Notes under the pieces: generated by a model
The model's input: only the letters and a program-made list of their open reading frames with translations
Told to the model about the DNA's origin: nothing
Database searches by the model: none
Program-made: the position numbers and the translations under genes
Assembly (NCBI GenBank): GCA_963712275.1
Contig: CAVQHD010000001.1
Coordinates: forward strand, 1,664,001 to 1,728,000
Reading direction: 5' to 3'
DNA length: 64,000 bases
Source of the DNA: an uncultured Rhabdochlamydiaceae bacterium
GTDB taxonomy: Bacteria; Chlamydiota; Chlamydiia; Chlamydiales; Rhabdochlamydiaceae
In this document: piece after piece, positions 30,171 through 38,960 of the stretch
Numbering within the stretch: the first letter of the stretch is position 1
Layout: every line of letters starts with the position of its first letter

Positions 30171-30927
30171 AGTTATAATGCCTTACGGTTACGTCTATTC
30201 TTTGTGGTTTAGAGAGATCCATTTCTCGCTGTCTCTGAACAAAGTAGTCTTTTGCAATAGGAAGCTGTGTGGTTTCTGCCTCTTCTTGCGGCTGAAGCAG
30301 CCTTTGTTCTATATCTCTAATTTTTCGTTTAATTCTTAATTCTCTCACATCATTAATTCGGAAGTTTGATGTTTTTGTAAAAACACTCTTTTCAGCGTTA
30401 TAATCCAACAACTCCTTGCTTACGACTACAAATCCAATAATAGCAGCAGTTATAACAAACCATTTTACCGATTCTTTAGTAGAATTGCCCAATCTTGCAG
30501 CTTCACTGTCGCGATACCTCTGAATCCAGCTTGCTTCAAAAAGGTCTGTCTTTTGGCGATTGGCTTCTCTTGATAATTTTGGATCCATAGCGGAATTTCT
30601 AAGGCAATAATTAAACGATGCGATCAGCATTTCAGATTCATTAAACTTGTTTTCAGCCAATGATGTGTGATCATAGGTGTATTTTGCTCCTCCCGCAATT
30701 GTCCCGCCCGTTAGAGCTGCCAACCCTCCTTTAAAAAAGATATTTTTCCAGCTGTAGGTTTCCTCAAGCTCATCAAGCTTATCCTTGACTGGTTGTTCTT
30801 CTTTCGCTAACTCTATAACCTCTGCCTCATCCATTTTTTCTAAAAAACCACAAAGTTTTTGGTTCTCTAATAATGGAGCTGAAGCTGCAAGCATATAAGT
30901 GCGTGTTGTCGATATCGGTAGAGACAT
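30163..30927 (-). CDS. Hypothetical membrane protein with coiled-coil regions
   Basis: ATG at 30927 with GGGGAG RBS; two hydrophobic segments; track's longer start lacks support. Confidence 0.55.
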   Translation of the reverse strand: MSLPISTTRTYMLAASAPLLENQKLCGFLEKMDEAEVIELAKEEQPVKDKLDELEETYSWKNIFFKGGLAALTGGTIAGGAKYTYDHTSLAENKFNESEMLIASFNYCLRNSAMDPKLSREANRQKTDLFEASWIQRYRDSEAARLGNSTKESVKWFVITAAIIGFVVVSKELLDYNAEKSVFTKTSNFRINDVRELRIKRKIRDIEQRLLQPQEEAETTQLPIAKDYFVQRQREMDLSKPQRIDVTVRHYNYV

Positions 30928-31084
30928 AGCACTCCCCTTGTTAAAGGGAAAAATATACGAAAAACAATGTTTTATTTCAATTTTTTTGAATTCGAGATCT
31001 CCTTGCTGGCCCGGGAAATCTTTGCCCGCTCTGCTAGGCAAGCCAATGGATCTTTTAGAATGAAGCTTTTCTCTCAAGCTGCTT

Positions 31085-31322
31085 AGAAGCTGTCTTAAAA
31101 CTCAGGTTTCGTCGATTTTTGGAGGATTTTTGGCCTTTTAGTTTATGGTCAGATGGTATATGAATGATAGTTGATATAGCAGTTAATCCTGTAGGGTTTT
31201 GCTTCAATCCAAACGTTCTACAGAAAAATTGATTTGCTATGTCAGTTTTTTTTTCAAAAACTGTTACCCAGGTTTGAACCAGGCCCAAAAATCGACAGAA
31301 ACTGAATTTTAAGACAGCTTCT
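31085..31322. mobile_element. 238-bp MITE related to the 20.6-kb element; supplies rpn stop codon
   Basis: Perfect 16-bp TIR AGAAGCTGTCTTAAAA (31085-31100 / 31307-31322); internal AAACTCAGGTTTCGTCGATTTT and GGCCTGGTTCAAA shared with 20621-20723. Confidence 0.85.
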
Positions 31323-32328
31323 TAACATCTGCCTCGGAAAGCTCAGTGACCTGAATGACTTGCTTTATAGAAAACCCTTGTAGAAGCATCTTTTGAGCGA
31401 CTTCTAAGTTCTTTTTCCTCTCCCCTTCTTGGATCCCAAGTTCTTTCCCCACTTGGATTCCAAGTTCTTTTCCTTCTTGGATCCCAAGCTCTTTCCCCAC
31501 TTGGATTCCAAGTTCTTTTCCTTCTTGGATCCCAAGTTCTTTCCCCATTTGGATTCCAAGTTCTTTTCCTTCTTGGATCCCTTCTTCTCTTGATTTTCTT
31601 AGGGTATTTGTTTCAATTCTCAGCCATTTAAGATGGTCTTCATAGGCTTCTCGCTCTTCGGGTCCAAAGTTCATTACATCGAGCACATGGAGGGCTTTTT
31701 GCAGAGACGGATCGTTTAAAGGGGCTGGCAGGTGATCTTTTTTGAGCAGATCATGCCGCGTTAAAAAAGCGACCCACATATCGAGAGACGTTTTCACTTT
31801 AACGATCAGATCGGAGAGCTCTTCTTGACGGTTGCTGCAGAACTTCTTTAGCTCGATGGTATGCAGTTCTAAATCTTCAAAATAGGGCAGGTGGCTTGCT
31901 TGTTCTCGGATATGGAAGACGTTGTGGTATTTTTCCTCTCTAGGAATCGAAGTGAAGTTGAGGATATGGATTCCGATAGCTTTGGATAATAGAGCGTAAT
32001 CTTCTGTGACTTTGAGCTGCTCCGTATACAACTTTGCCCAGTAGTAGAGGGCTCTTTTATCGTAGTCAGCTTCATCACTGATTTGAATTTCGATATTGAA
32101 GCGCTTCCCATTTTTGCCTTCGGCTTTGATGTCTAAGATCGAGAGCTTATCGTCTCTAAAATTTTTAGGGTTATAAGGGTTTAAAAGGGTCACATCGGTG
32201 ACTTGGTCTTCAGGTCCTACAATCGAGTTAATGAGCGAGATTAAGAGATCTTTATTCTCTTCAACACCAAAGATCTTTTTAAAGGCGATGTCGACGCGAG
32301 GGCTGATTGTTTCTATGCATGACGCCAT
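31309..32328 (-). CDS. Rpn-family PD-(D/E)XK nuclease / putative transposase
   Basis: DIAFKKIFG, LDIKA, NIEIQ, RALYYWAKLY, HTIELKKF; C-terminal GKELGIQx repeats and HTH-like tail. Confidence 0.9.
   Translation of the reverse strand: MASCIETISPRVDIAFKKIFGVEENKDLLISLINSIVGPEDQVTDVTLLNPYNPKNFRDDKLSILDIKAEGKNGKRFNIEIQISDEADYDKRALYYWAKLYTEQLKVTEDYALLSKAIGIHILNFTSIPREEKYHNVFHIREQASHLPYFEDLELHTIELKKFCSNRQEELSDLIVKVKTSLDMWVAFLTRHDLLKKDHLPAPLNDPSLQKALHVLDVMNFGPEEREAYEDHLKWLRIETNTLRKSREEGIQEGKELGIQMGKELGIQEGKELGIQVGKELGIQEGKELGIQVGKELGIQEGERKKNLEVAQKMLLQGFSIKQVIQVTELSEADVKKLS
31423..31581 (-). repeat. Coding tandem repeat, 24-bp unit (GKELGIQ[E/V/M])
   Basis: About 6.5 units with alternating 48-bp higher-order pattern inside rpn. 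Confidence 0.9.
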
Positions 32329-32561
32329 GGTTAAATTCTACACGAATGACATTTTTTTAAGTTGTAAATCTATTTTTTGAATCAATAGATCTTTGCTGTA
32401 CGTCTCTCTTGCCTCCTTGCCTACCGTGTCCTCGTATTCCACTTTTTAAAACCGAATAATTTAAAATTAAATTACAATTAAATAAGTTATTATATTTATA
32501 TTATTTATTAAAGTCTGTATAATATTACACACAAATCAATTTGAAATTAAAAATGGTGTGT

Positions 32562-33614
32562 ATGAATACAAAAAAATTTAAGACCTATCTACTTACTATC
32601 CTCCTTTCTTTACCTCTAGTCTCTTGGAGCGGAGAAAGTAGTCCTACAGCCCCAGCATCGAATGAGCACGTCGTCAGAGCAGCTATCGATATTGGGTCAG
32701 GAGCTACAAAACTAAAAGTAGCTAAAATTAATTTAAATACTCAGAAAATTGAAACCGTACTTGTTAACGAATCATTCTCTGTCCAATACCAAGAAGAGCT
32801 TGAAAAATCCCCTGATGGAACCTTCAATGACCAGGTGATGAAAACCGGTCTTGAAACTCTTAAAAAAAGCTTAGAAATCGCTCAAAAGCACGGTGCAGAA
32901 AAGGTCGTTGCCGTTGCGACAGCCTCTTTCCGCAATGCGGCAAACGTTCAGGATTTCATCGATCAAATCTATCGCGAAACCGACATCAAAGTCCATATCA
33001 TCGATCAACATCTCGAAGGAGCTTTAGGATTTCAAGCGGCAACTGCCCAAGTGAGTACTGACCCTAGCAATGTCGTTGTCTGGGACATTGGCGGGGGCAG
33101 TTATCAATTTACAACGTTAGACCGCAAAGGCAACGTAATTGTGCATCGAGGAATCGATGCTTCGATCCCTTTCAAAAACCATGTGATTAAAGAGATCAAG
33201 AAAGAAGATCTGAGTAAAACTTCAACTCCTAATCCTTTATCCAATGCACAACGGATTGACGCTCAGAAACACGCCGTTAATCTTTCAAAAAAGGTCGACA
33301 ACTTATTTAAAAAGAAAATTCGGCATCCCGATACAAAAGTTGTTGGAATTGGAAATATCTTCGCTTATGGCGTGCACCCTTTAGTTGGCAAAAAAAGCAC
33401 TTTCACTCAGAAAGACCTGCATGAAAAAGTTCAATGCCTCGAGGGAAAAAAAGATCACGATCTCGGCTCCGGCGCCTACGCAAACGTCGCTGTTACAAAC
33501 CCCATCTTAGTCTTGGGTTTTATGCAGACCTTAGGGATCGATCAAATGGACATCATTGACATTAATAATGCCGATGGCGCCTTACTTCATCCCCTCTTTT
33601 GGGAAGAGGCGTAA
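32562..33614 (+). CDS. Ppx/GppA-family (ASKHA) phosphatase with N-terminal signal peptide
   Basis: AAIDIGSGATK, VATASFRNAAN, VWDIGGGS; N-terminus MNTKKFKTYLLTILLSLPLVSWS. Confidence 0.8.
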   Translation: MNTKKFKTYLLTILLSLPLVSWSGESSPTAPASNEHVVRAAIDIGSGATKLKVAKINLNTQKIETVLVNESFSVQYQEELEKSPDGTFNDQVMKTGLETLKKSLEIAQKHGAEKVVAVATASFRNAANVQDFIDQIYRETDIKVHIIDQHLEGALGFQAATAQVSTDPSNVVVWDIGGGSYQFTTLDRKGNVIVHRGIDASIPFKNHVIKEIKKEDLSKTSTPNPLSNAQRIDAQKHAVNLSKKVDNLFKKKIRHPDTKVVGIGNIFAYGVHPLVGKKSTFTQKDLHEKVQCLEGKKDHDLGSGAYANVAVTNPILVLGFMQTLGIDQMDIIDINNADGALLHPLFWEEA

Positions 33615-33758
33615 GTAAGCTATTGCACCTATGCACATCGCTGCGGCCGCAATCAAAACAAGCTTGAGTGAGAGCAGCAGCAGTGCACCGCAACACACTC
33701 AGAACATCCAGTAAAGATGTATAACTAACTAAAAATCAATAAGATCTGTTATTTGCTA

Positions 33759-33861
33759 TTGTCAATTTTATGCAAAAAACTGTCATAAAACGCCAGTTTC
33801 TTGCATAAAATTGACAAACATGTTACTTTTAGGTTAGAAACTGTCATAAAACGCCAGTTTC
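33759..33861. promoter_or_regulatory. AbiE operator/promoter region
   Basis: 24-bp IR (33759-33782 / 33794-33817, 1 mismatch, contains TTGACA) and two identical 24-bp copies of AAACTGTCATAAAACGCCAGTTTC (33777-33800, 33838-33861). Confidence 0.7.
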
Positions 33862-33873
33862 GGGATTGAAATT

Positions 33874-34488
33874 ATGCTATTAGAGTATCCAAAGCCTTAC
33901 ATTCACGACGCAGCGCTTGCCATTATCCTCGGGGGAAGTGAAGACCGTCGCTATTCATGGGTAAAACGGGCTCTGCGAGAAGGGAATCTGACACGTTTGA
34001 GAAGGGGCCTATATCTGATCGGAAAAAAAGATTCTCCTCTGCTCAATTCTTATGAAATTGCCCAACAACTTTACGGTCCTTCCTATATCAGCTTCGAATC
34101 TGCTCTATCCTATCACGGATGGATTCCCGAGGCTGTTTATACAACAACGAGCGCTAGCGCTAAAAGAAGCCTTTTAGTTCAGACCACGATCGGCATGTTT
34201 AGCTACGAACATACACCTCGAGACCAATTTTTTATGGGTGTCGAGCGCAAAGAGATTCAAGATAGTGTCTATCTTGTTGCGCACCCATGGAAAGCTCTAG
34301 CAGACTATATGTATGCCCGCCGCAAAAAATGGAAAAACTTTGCTGAAGTCATCGAAGATTTGCGATTAGATGAATCCAGAGTTGAAACAGCTGATAAAGA
34401 AACGCTTGAAGAAATTGCTCGTTATTATCACAGTCCCCGAGTACGTCGTTTTGCTCAAGTAATTCTTAAGGAGAACAAATGGATATAA
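33874..34488 (+). CDS. Type IV TA antitoxin, AbiEi-like
   Basis: LTRLRRGLY, PSYISFESALSYHGWIPEAV, AHPWKALADY. Confidence 0.88.
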   Translation: MLLEYPKPYIHDAALAIILGGSEDRRYSWVKRALREGNLTRLRRGLYLIGKKDSPLLNSYEIAQQLYGPSYISFESALSYHGWIPEAVYTTTSASAKRSLLVQTTIGMFSYEHTPRDQFFMGVERKEIQDSVYLVAHPWKALADYMYARRKKWKNFAEVIEDLRLDESRVETADKETLEEIARYYHSPRVRRFAQVILKENKWI

Positions 34489-35678
34489 AAATGATTGAAG
34501 ATAAACTAAAAAAATACCAGCCTCGGACCAAACAAGAAGAAAAAAATGCTTTGCGCGAAATTGCCCAAGCAATTGCTCTTTGTGGTTTAGCACGGGCGGA
34601 TTTCTTCAAACATGCTTCCTTTATTGGAGGCTCTTGTTTGCGGATTGTCCATGGTCTTCAACGTTTTTCAGAGGATCTCGATTTTTGGACGCTCCAATCT
34701 GGTCCTGATTTTGCATGGCAGCCCTATCTTCGGGCTGTTCAAGAAGAGTTTAAAGCCTATGCCTTCGATATGACCATTGAGGATCGAACGCAAGCAGATG
34801 CCAAAATCAAACGAGCTTTTTTAAAAAAAGACTCTATCGGCAAAGTATTGATCTTAACTCACTCGCGCGCATTTGAAGCCAATGAAAAACTATCCATTAA
34901 ATTCGAAATTGACACTCATCCCCCTTCAGGAGCGCATTTTGAATCAAAGAACATGGAATTTCCTTGTACATTTCCTATCACAGCACTTGATCGACCGAGC
35001 TTATTTGCAAGTAAAGTGGCTGCTCTATTTGATCAAAAACAAAAAGGACGTCATTGGTACGATTTCTCTTGGTATATTTTTCATCAATGGCCGCTTAATT
35101 TTACCCTATTGGGAAACTGCCTTTCAATGCATCCTCAAGAAGTCACACTTCCATGGCTCCAGCAACAATTAGCTAGAATCGTCGAGTCTATGGACTGGAA
35201 GTCGTTAAAAGAAGATGTGCGTCCGTTCATCTCGCTGGAAGAACAAGAAACACTCAATTTATGGAACAAGATGTTCTTTTTAGGTTATGTAGAAGGCTTA
35301 GAGTATTTAAAACCTGTGCCAATTTCTCTTGGAGCTTTAATTGCAGATGGCAAAGGGAAACAGCTGATCGAACAGGTCAAAGAAGCTTTGGCAGCGGGAG
35401 CCTCTATTAACGATGATACTCGTAACGGCCATCGTCCACTACAACTGGCTTTAACGAATGGACATAAAGAAATCGCTCAATTACTAATCGAACACGGCGC
35501 CGATATTAACTATCGCGATCGCAGTGGACAGACGCCTTTGCAAGCTGCCGTCAATCACGGACAATTTGAAAATGCAAAACTCTTGATCCAAAAAGGAGCC
35601 CCATTCAACCCTCAAGGACCGAACCTAGGGTTCGTCCATGAAAAGCTCTACGAATTTCAGCTTTTTTGGCAAAAATAA
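34479..35678 (+). CDS. AbiEii-like nucleotidyltransferase toxin fused to C-terminal ankyrin repeats
   Basis: FIGGSCLRIVHGLQRFSEDLDF, IKFEID; ankyrin repeats GHRPLQLA..GHKEIAQLLIEHGADIN and GQTPLQAA..GQFENAKLLIQKGA. Confidence 0.88.
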   Translation: MDIKMIEDKLKKYQPRTKQEEKNALREIAQAIALCGLARADFFKHASFIGGSCLRIVHGLQRFSEDLDFWTLQSGPDFAWQPYLRAVQEEFKAYAFDMTIEDRTQADAKIKRAFLKKDSIGKVLILTHSRAFEANEKLSIKFEIDTHPPSGAHFESKNMEFPCTFPITALDRPSLFASKVAALFDQKQKGRHWYDFSWYIFHQWPLNFTLLGNCLSMHPQEVTLPWLQQQLARIVESMDWKSLKEDVRPFISLEEQETLNLWNKMFFLGYVEGLEYLKPVPISLGALIADGKGKQLIEQVKEALAAGASINDDTRNGHRPLQLALTNGHKEIAQLLIEHGADINYRDRSGQTPLQAAVNHGQFENAKLLIQKGAPFNPQGPNLGFVHEKLYEFQLFWQK

Positions 35679-35781
35679 AGGAAGGCGCAATCTGTTGATT
35701 ATCCGACGCTAAATCTACCTTCACAGTAGACCGAAATGGTTGTTTTCATTAAAATTTTGCATGGCAATTTAAGGAGACTCA

Positions 35782-35973
35782 ATGGGTCAAGAAGAAGACG
35801 AATCGTCTCCAGACGAGCAATGGAATGTGCTTTTTGATCTGCTGGAAGAGCTGCCACAAAATACACGGCAAATGGTGGGAAATCTGAAAACCGCTCATAA
35901 GTTTAAAAGCGGGCTAGCCCGCCTTCTTAAGCTAGGAAGAAAAGAAGGCATTTCTGGAAAGAAGGAAGGATGA
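35782..35973 (+). CDS. Small hypothetical protein coupled to recQ-like gene
   Basis: AAGGAG RBS, 63 aa, stop overlaps next ATG (ATGA). Confidence 0.55.
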   Translation: MGQEEDESSPDEQWNVLFDLLEELPQNTRQMVGNLKTAHKFKSGLARLLKLGRKEGISGKKEG

Positions 35974-38084
35974 ACGATCAATTCCACGCGCTTTTGCAAG
36001 AGAAATTCGGAATGGAGGCCTTTCGGCCGGGGCAGCTTGAGGCAATGCAGGCTCTGCTTGAAAAGAGCCGCCTCCTCTGCATCCAGCCGACGGGCTATGG
36101 TAAATCGCTTCTCTATCAACTCCCCTCTTGTCTTCTCGGAGGGATAACACTGGTTATTTCTCCCTTGCTCGCCCTCATGCGAGATCAAATTGACCAACTG
36201 ACCCACCGCTTTCAGATTGCCGCTGCTTCCATCAACAGCGACCAGACCGATGAAGAAAACGATCTTGCGAGGCAGAAGATTGTTGCCGGCGAGGTGCAGA
36301 TTCTCTTTACATCACCTGAACAGCTTGACCATATCGATCGGTTCGAATTTCTCCTAGGGCTTCCCATCACGCTTTTGGTCATCGATGAAGCCCACTGCAT
36401 CTCAACCTGGGGGCACGACTTTCGGCCTAGCTACCGCCATATCCTTCAGTTCAGTCAAGCTCTTAAAAAGGCACACCCTGAGCTCAAAATTCTGGGTCTG
36501 ACGGCGACAGCCGATGGGCGTGTTGAAAAAGATATTGTGAGGCAGCTCTCCTCAGTGCAAGAACAGGTGCATGTTTGGCGCGAGAAAATGGATCGCCCTA
36601 ATATTCACCTCTCCGTCATACCTGTGGAGGGGACCGCCGCCAAGCTTGCCCTTTGCCAAGCCCTCTTAGCTGAAGAGCCCGTTGCAAAACTCCAATTTGG
36701 GGCCAAATCATCGAATTTGGCCTCCAAAGCGAATTTTGCAACGGGATTTAAACTCTCCGGCCATGGCCTTATCTACTGCGCCACGCGCGAAAATGCGGAG
36801 CTTGTCGCTGAATATCTTCACAAACAAGGGGTTTCGATCATCGCTTATCATGCGGGGCTCGAGTCGGAGGAAAAGCGTCAAATTCAGGCTGGTTTTTCAC
36901 AAAACACTTACCGCGTTATCGCTGCCACGACTGCCCTCGGGATGGGCATCGATAAGAAAGATCTCCGCTTTATCATCCATTTCGATATCCCTGGCTCGAT
37001 CACCGCTTACTATCAAGAAGTGGGACGCGCAGGGCGCGATGGGCTTAAGGCAGACGGCATCCTGCTCTATGACAAAGCTGATCGAAAGGTGCAAGATTAT
37101 TTCATCGATTCGGCCCTGCCGTCAGAAGAAGATTTTCAAGCGGTTTTAAATGCTGTCCGCTCAGCAGATACGCCTCCTCACCTGAGCTTGATCAAGCGGC
37201 TCACAGGCCTTCACCCGACGCGTGTGACGATCGTTCTCGCTGAACTTCTCGAACAGCAGTTCCTGAAAAAAGAGAGCGTGAGAGGAGTTCAAGTCTATCA
37301 CATTCATCAGGAGGGGCAGCCGCTTAACTTAAGCCGCTATACAACCCAGCACCTTGTCAAAAGTGAAGAGCTCAGCAAAATCATCGCCTATGCTGAGCAA
37401 AAAACCGATTGCCGCATGGAGCTGCTGCGCCATGCTCTCGGCGACCTTGCAGCTACACCGTGCGGTCGGTGCGATGTGTGCCAAAAACAAACACCGCTTG
37501 CTGCGTCTGACGCAGATGACGCCTTGGGTTGGCTCTCCATGCGAACGATCCCCATTGCCGCCGCAAAAACACACCACATCTCGTCTGGCCTTAGCCTCTT
37601 CGATGGTAAACTGCGCATGCCCCTTTTTCTCCGCTTCATGAAAGGGAGAGCTGACACTGCAGAGGCCGATCCTGAAATTTTATCCTTGCTGCTAAAGCAG
37701 GCTTCATCTCTTGTTTCTCCTATTGAAGCTGTCGTGCCTCTCCCCTCTAAAACATGGAAAGCAGGCTTAAGCTTTGCCAAGGCGCTCGCCGAGCATCTTA
37801 ATGTCCCTCTTTTCCCTGATCTGCTTGCTTGGAAAACCTCTCCTGAAAAGCGGCAGGGGGAGCTTCTCAACAATGACCAAAGATACCATAATGTTCATGA
37901 AAAGATGGAAGCTAATAGTATAAGGATTTCTTCAGGGGCCTTGATCCTTTTCGATGATTACATCGGCTCGGGTGCAACAATCAAAGAAGCTGCGCGGTGC
38001 TTGCGCAAAACGGTTGATAATCCGCTGATTCCCCTCACCATCGCCTCTGTAAAATGGCGCCTTGGTAAACCAGGCTTTATCTAA
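35970..38084 (+). CDS. RecQ-family helicase with C-terminal phosphoribosyltransferase-like domain
   Basis: PTGYGKS, IDEAHCISTWGHDFRPSY, QEVGRAGRDG, Zn-binding CR..CGRCDVC, PRT motif LILFDDYIGSGATI; no HRDC seen. Confidence 0.9.
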   Translation: MNDQFHALLQEKFGMEAFRPGQLEAMQALLEKSRLLCIQPTGYGKSLLYQLPSCLLGGITLVISPLLALMRDQIDQLTHRFQIAAASINSDQTDEENDLARQKIVAGEVQILFTSPEQLDHIDRFEFLLGLPITLLVIDEAHCISTWGHDFRPSYRHILQFSQALKKAHPELKILGLTATADGRVEKDIVRQLSSVQEQVHVWREKMDRPNIHLSVIPVEGTAAKLALCQALLAEEPVAKLQFGAKSSNLASKANFATGFKLSGHGLIYCATRENAELVAEYLHKQGVSIIAYHAGLESEEKRQIQAGFSQNTYRVIAATTALGMGIDKKDLRFIIHFDIPGSITAYYQEVGRAGRDGLKADGILLYDKADRKVQDYFIDSALPSEEDFQAVLNAVRSADTPPHLSLIKRLTGLHPTRVTIVLAELLEQQFLKKESVRGVQVYHIHQEGQPLNLSRYTTQHLVKSEELSKIIAYAEQKTDCRMELLRHALGDLAATPCGRCDVCQKQTPLAASDADDALGWLSMRTIPIAAAKTHHISSGLSLFDGKLRMPLFLRFMKGRADTAEADPEILSLLLKQASSLVSPIEAVVPLPSKTWKAGLSFAKALAEHLNVPLFPDLLAWKTSPEKRQGELLNNDQRYHNVHEKMEANSIRISSGALILFDDYIGSGATIKEAARCLRKTVDNPLIPLTIASVKWRLGKPGFI
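36675..36746. mobile_element. In-frame palindromic insertion inside the recQ-like gene
   Basis: TIR CCCGTTGCAAAA (36678-36689) / TTTTGCAACGGG (36734-36745), inner TTTGGGGCCAAAT/ATTTGGCCTCCAAA; encodes EPVAKLQFGAKSSNLASKANFATG just before the GLIYC motif. Confidence 0.8.
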
Positions 38085-38928
38085 GAGTGTCGATTGAGAG
38101 CGCAATGCAGAGTGCTGTCACAGTCACGAGGGAGAAAAGGAACATTTTGCGGGCCCACTGTGTGTCATTGGTACTTTTAAATCCCTGGATGCACAGCCGC
38201 AGCCAAAGAAGCCCTAGGAGAAGACTCACCCCTAAATACCCATACCCAGCAAAACCAAGTAAGGTCGGCATTGGTGCAGCGATTGTAAAAGCAGCGGTGT
38301 AAAGCAGCATCTGCACTTTAGTGACATGCATTCCCTTCTTAACCGGCAAAACCGGTATCGATGCTGCTGCATACTCCCTGAATCGGTATATGGCAATGGC
38401 AAAGAAATGGGGCATTTGCCAAAGAACAATGATTAAAAACAGCACAGCTGCCTGAAGATCAAGGCGACCGGTGACTGCAGAGTAACCTACCACCGGAGGA
38501 AGCCCGCCTGCGATGCTGCCGACAAGGGTCGCATGCGTTGAATGGTACTTCAAAAAACTATACACCACGATATACATAAAGAGGCCCGATAGCGCAATAA
38601 GAGCTGCTGTAAGGTTCACGAAAAAAACCAAGGTTGTAAGGCCTAAAATGCCAAGCAGCGAGGCAAAAACAATCGCATGTTGTACAGGAATGAGCCCCTT
38701 TGCAAGAGCGCGGTTTTTAGTCCTTGCCATCTTTTCATCGGAGGCACGGTCGATATAGTTATTGAAGACACACGCAGAGCCGATCACGAAGGAGAGGCCG
38801 AGAAGGGCGGCAAAAAGTAGCCAGATGTTGATGTGCCCTTTTGAAGCAAGCATAAACCCAGCGGTCGCTGTGATCACATTGCCTAAAATAATTCCCGGCT
38901 TAGTTAGTGTATAATATAGTTTAATCAT
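38077..38928 (-). CDS. cyoE: Heme o synthase (protoheme IX farnesyltransferase)
   Basis: LTKPGI, NNYIDR..DEKMARTKNR, WQMPHF; end of cyo cluster. Confidence 0.95.
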   Translation of the reverse strand: MIKLYYTLTKPGIILGNVITATAGFMLASKGHINIWLLFAALLGLSFVIGSACVFNNYIDRASDEKMARTKNRALAKGLIPVQHAIVFASLLGILGLTTLVFFVNLTAALIALSGLFMYIVVYSFLKYHSTHATLVGSIAGGLPPVVGYSAVTGRLDLQAAVLFLIIVLWQMPHFFAIAIYRFREYAAASIPVLPVKKGMHVTKVQMLLYTAAFTIAAPMPTLLGFAGYGYLGVSLLLGLLWLRLCIQGFKSTNDTQWARKMFLFSLVTVTALCIALSIDTLR

Positions 38929-38960
38929 TGTAACTACTCACCTATCCCACTAGTAGAAGG

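Noticed and set aside
30928..31288. N-terminal extension of the 30163 ORF and the 77-aa ORF 31055-31288
   Set aside because: A better RBS/ATG exists at 30927, and the 77-aa ORF lies largely within the MITE.
31423..31581. Possible CRISPR array
   Set aside because: 24-bp units are contiguous with no unique spacers, lie in-frame in rpn, and no cas genes are present.
33615..33750. Possible att site or mobile-element end before the AbiE module
   Set aside because: No matching direct repeat, tRNA or integrase found in the window.
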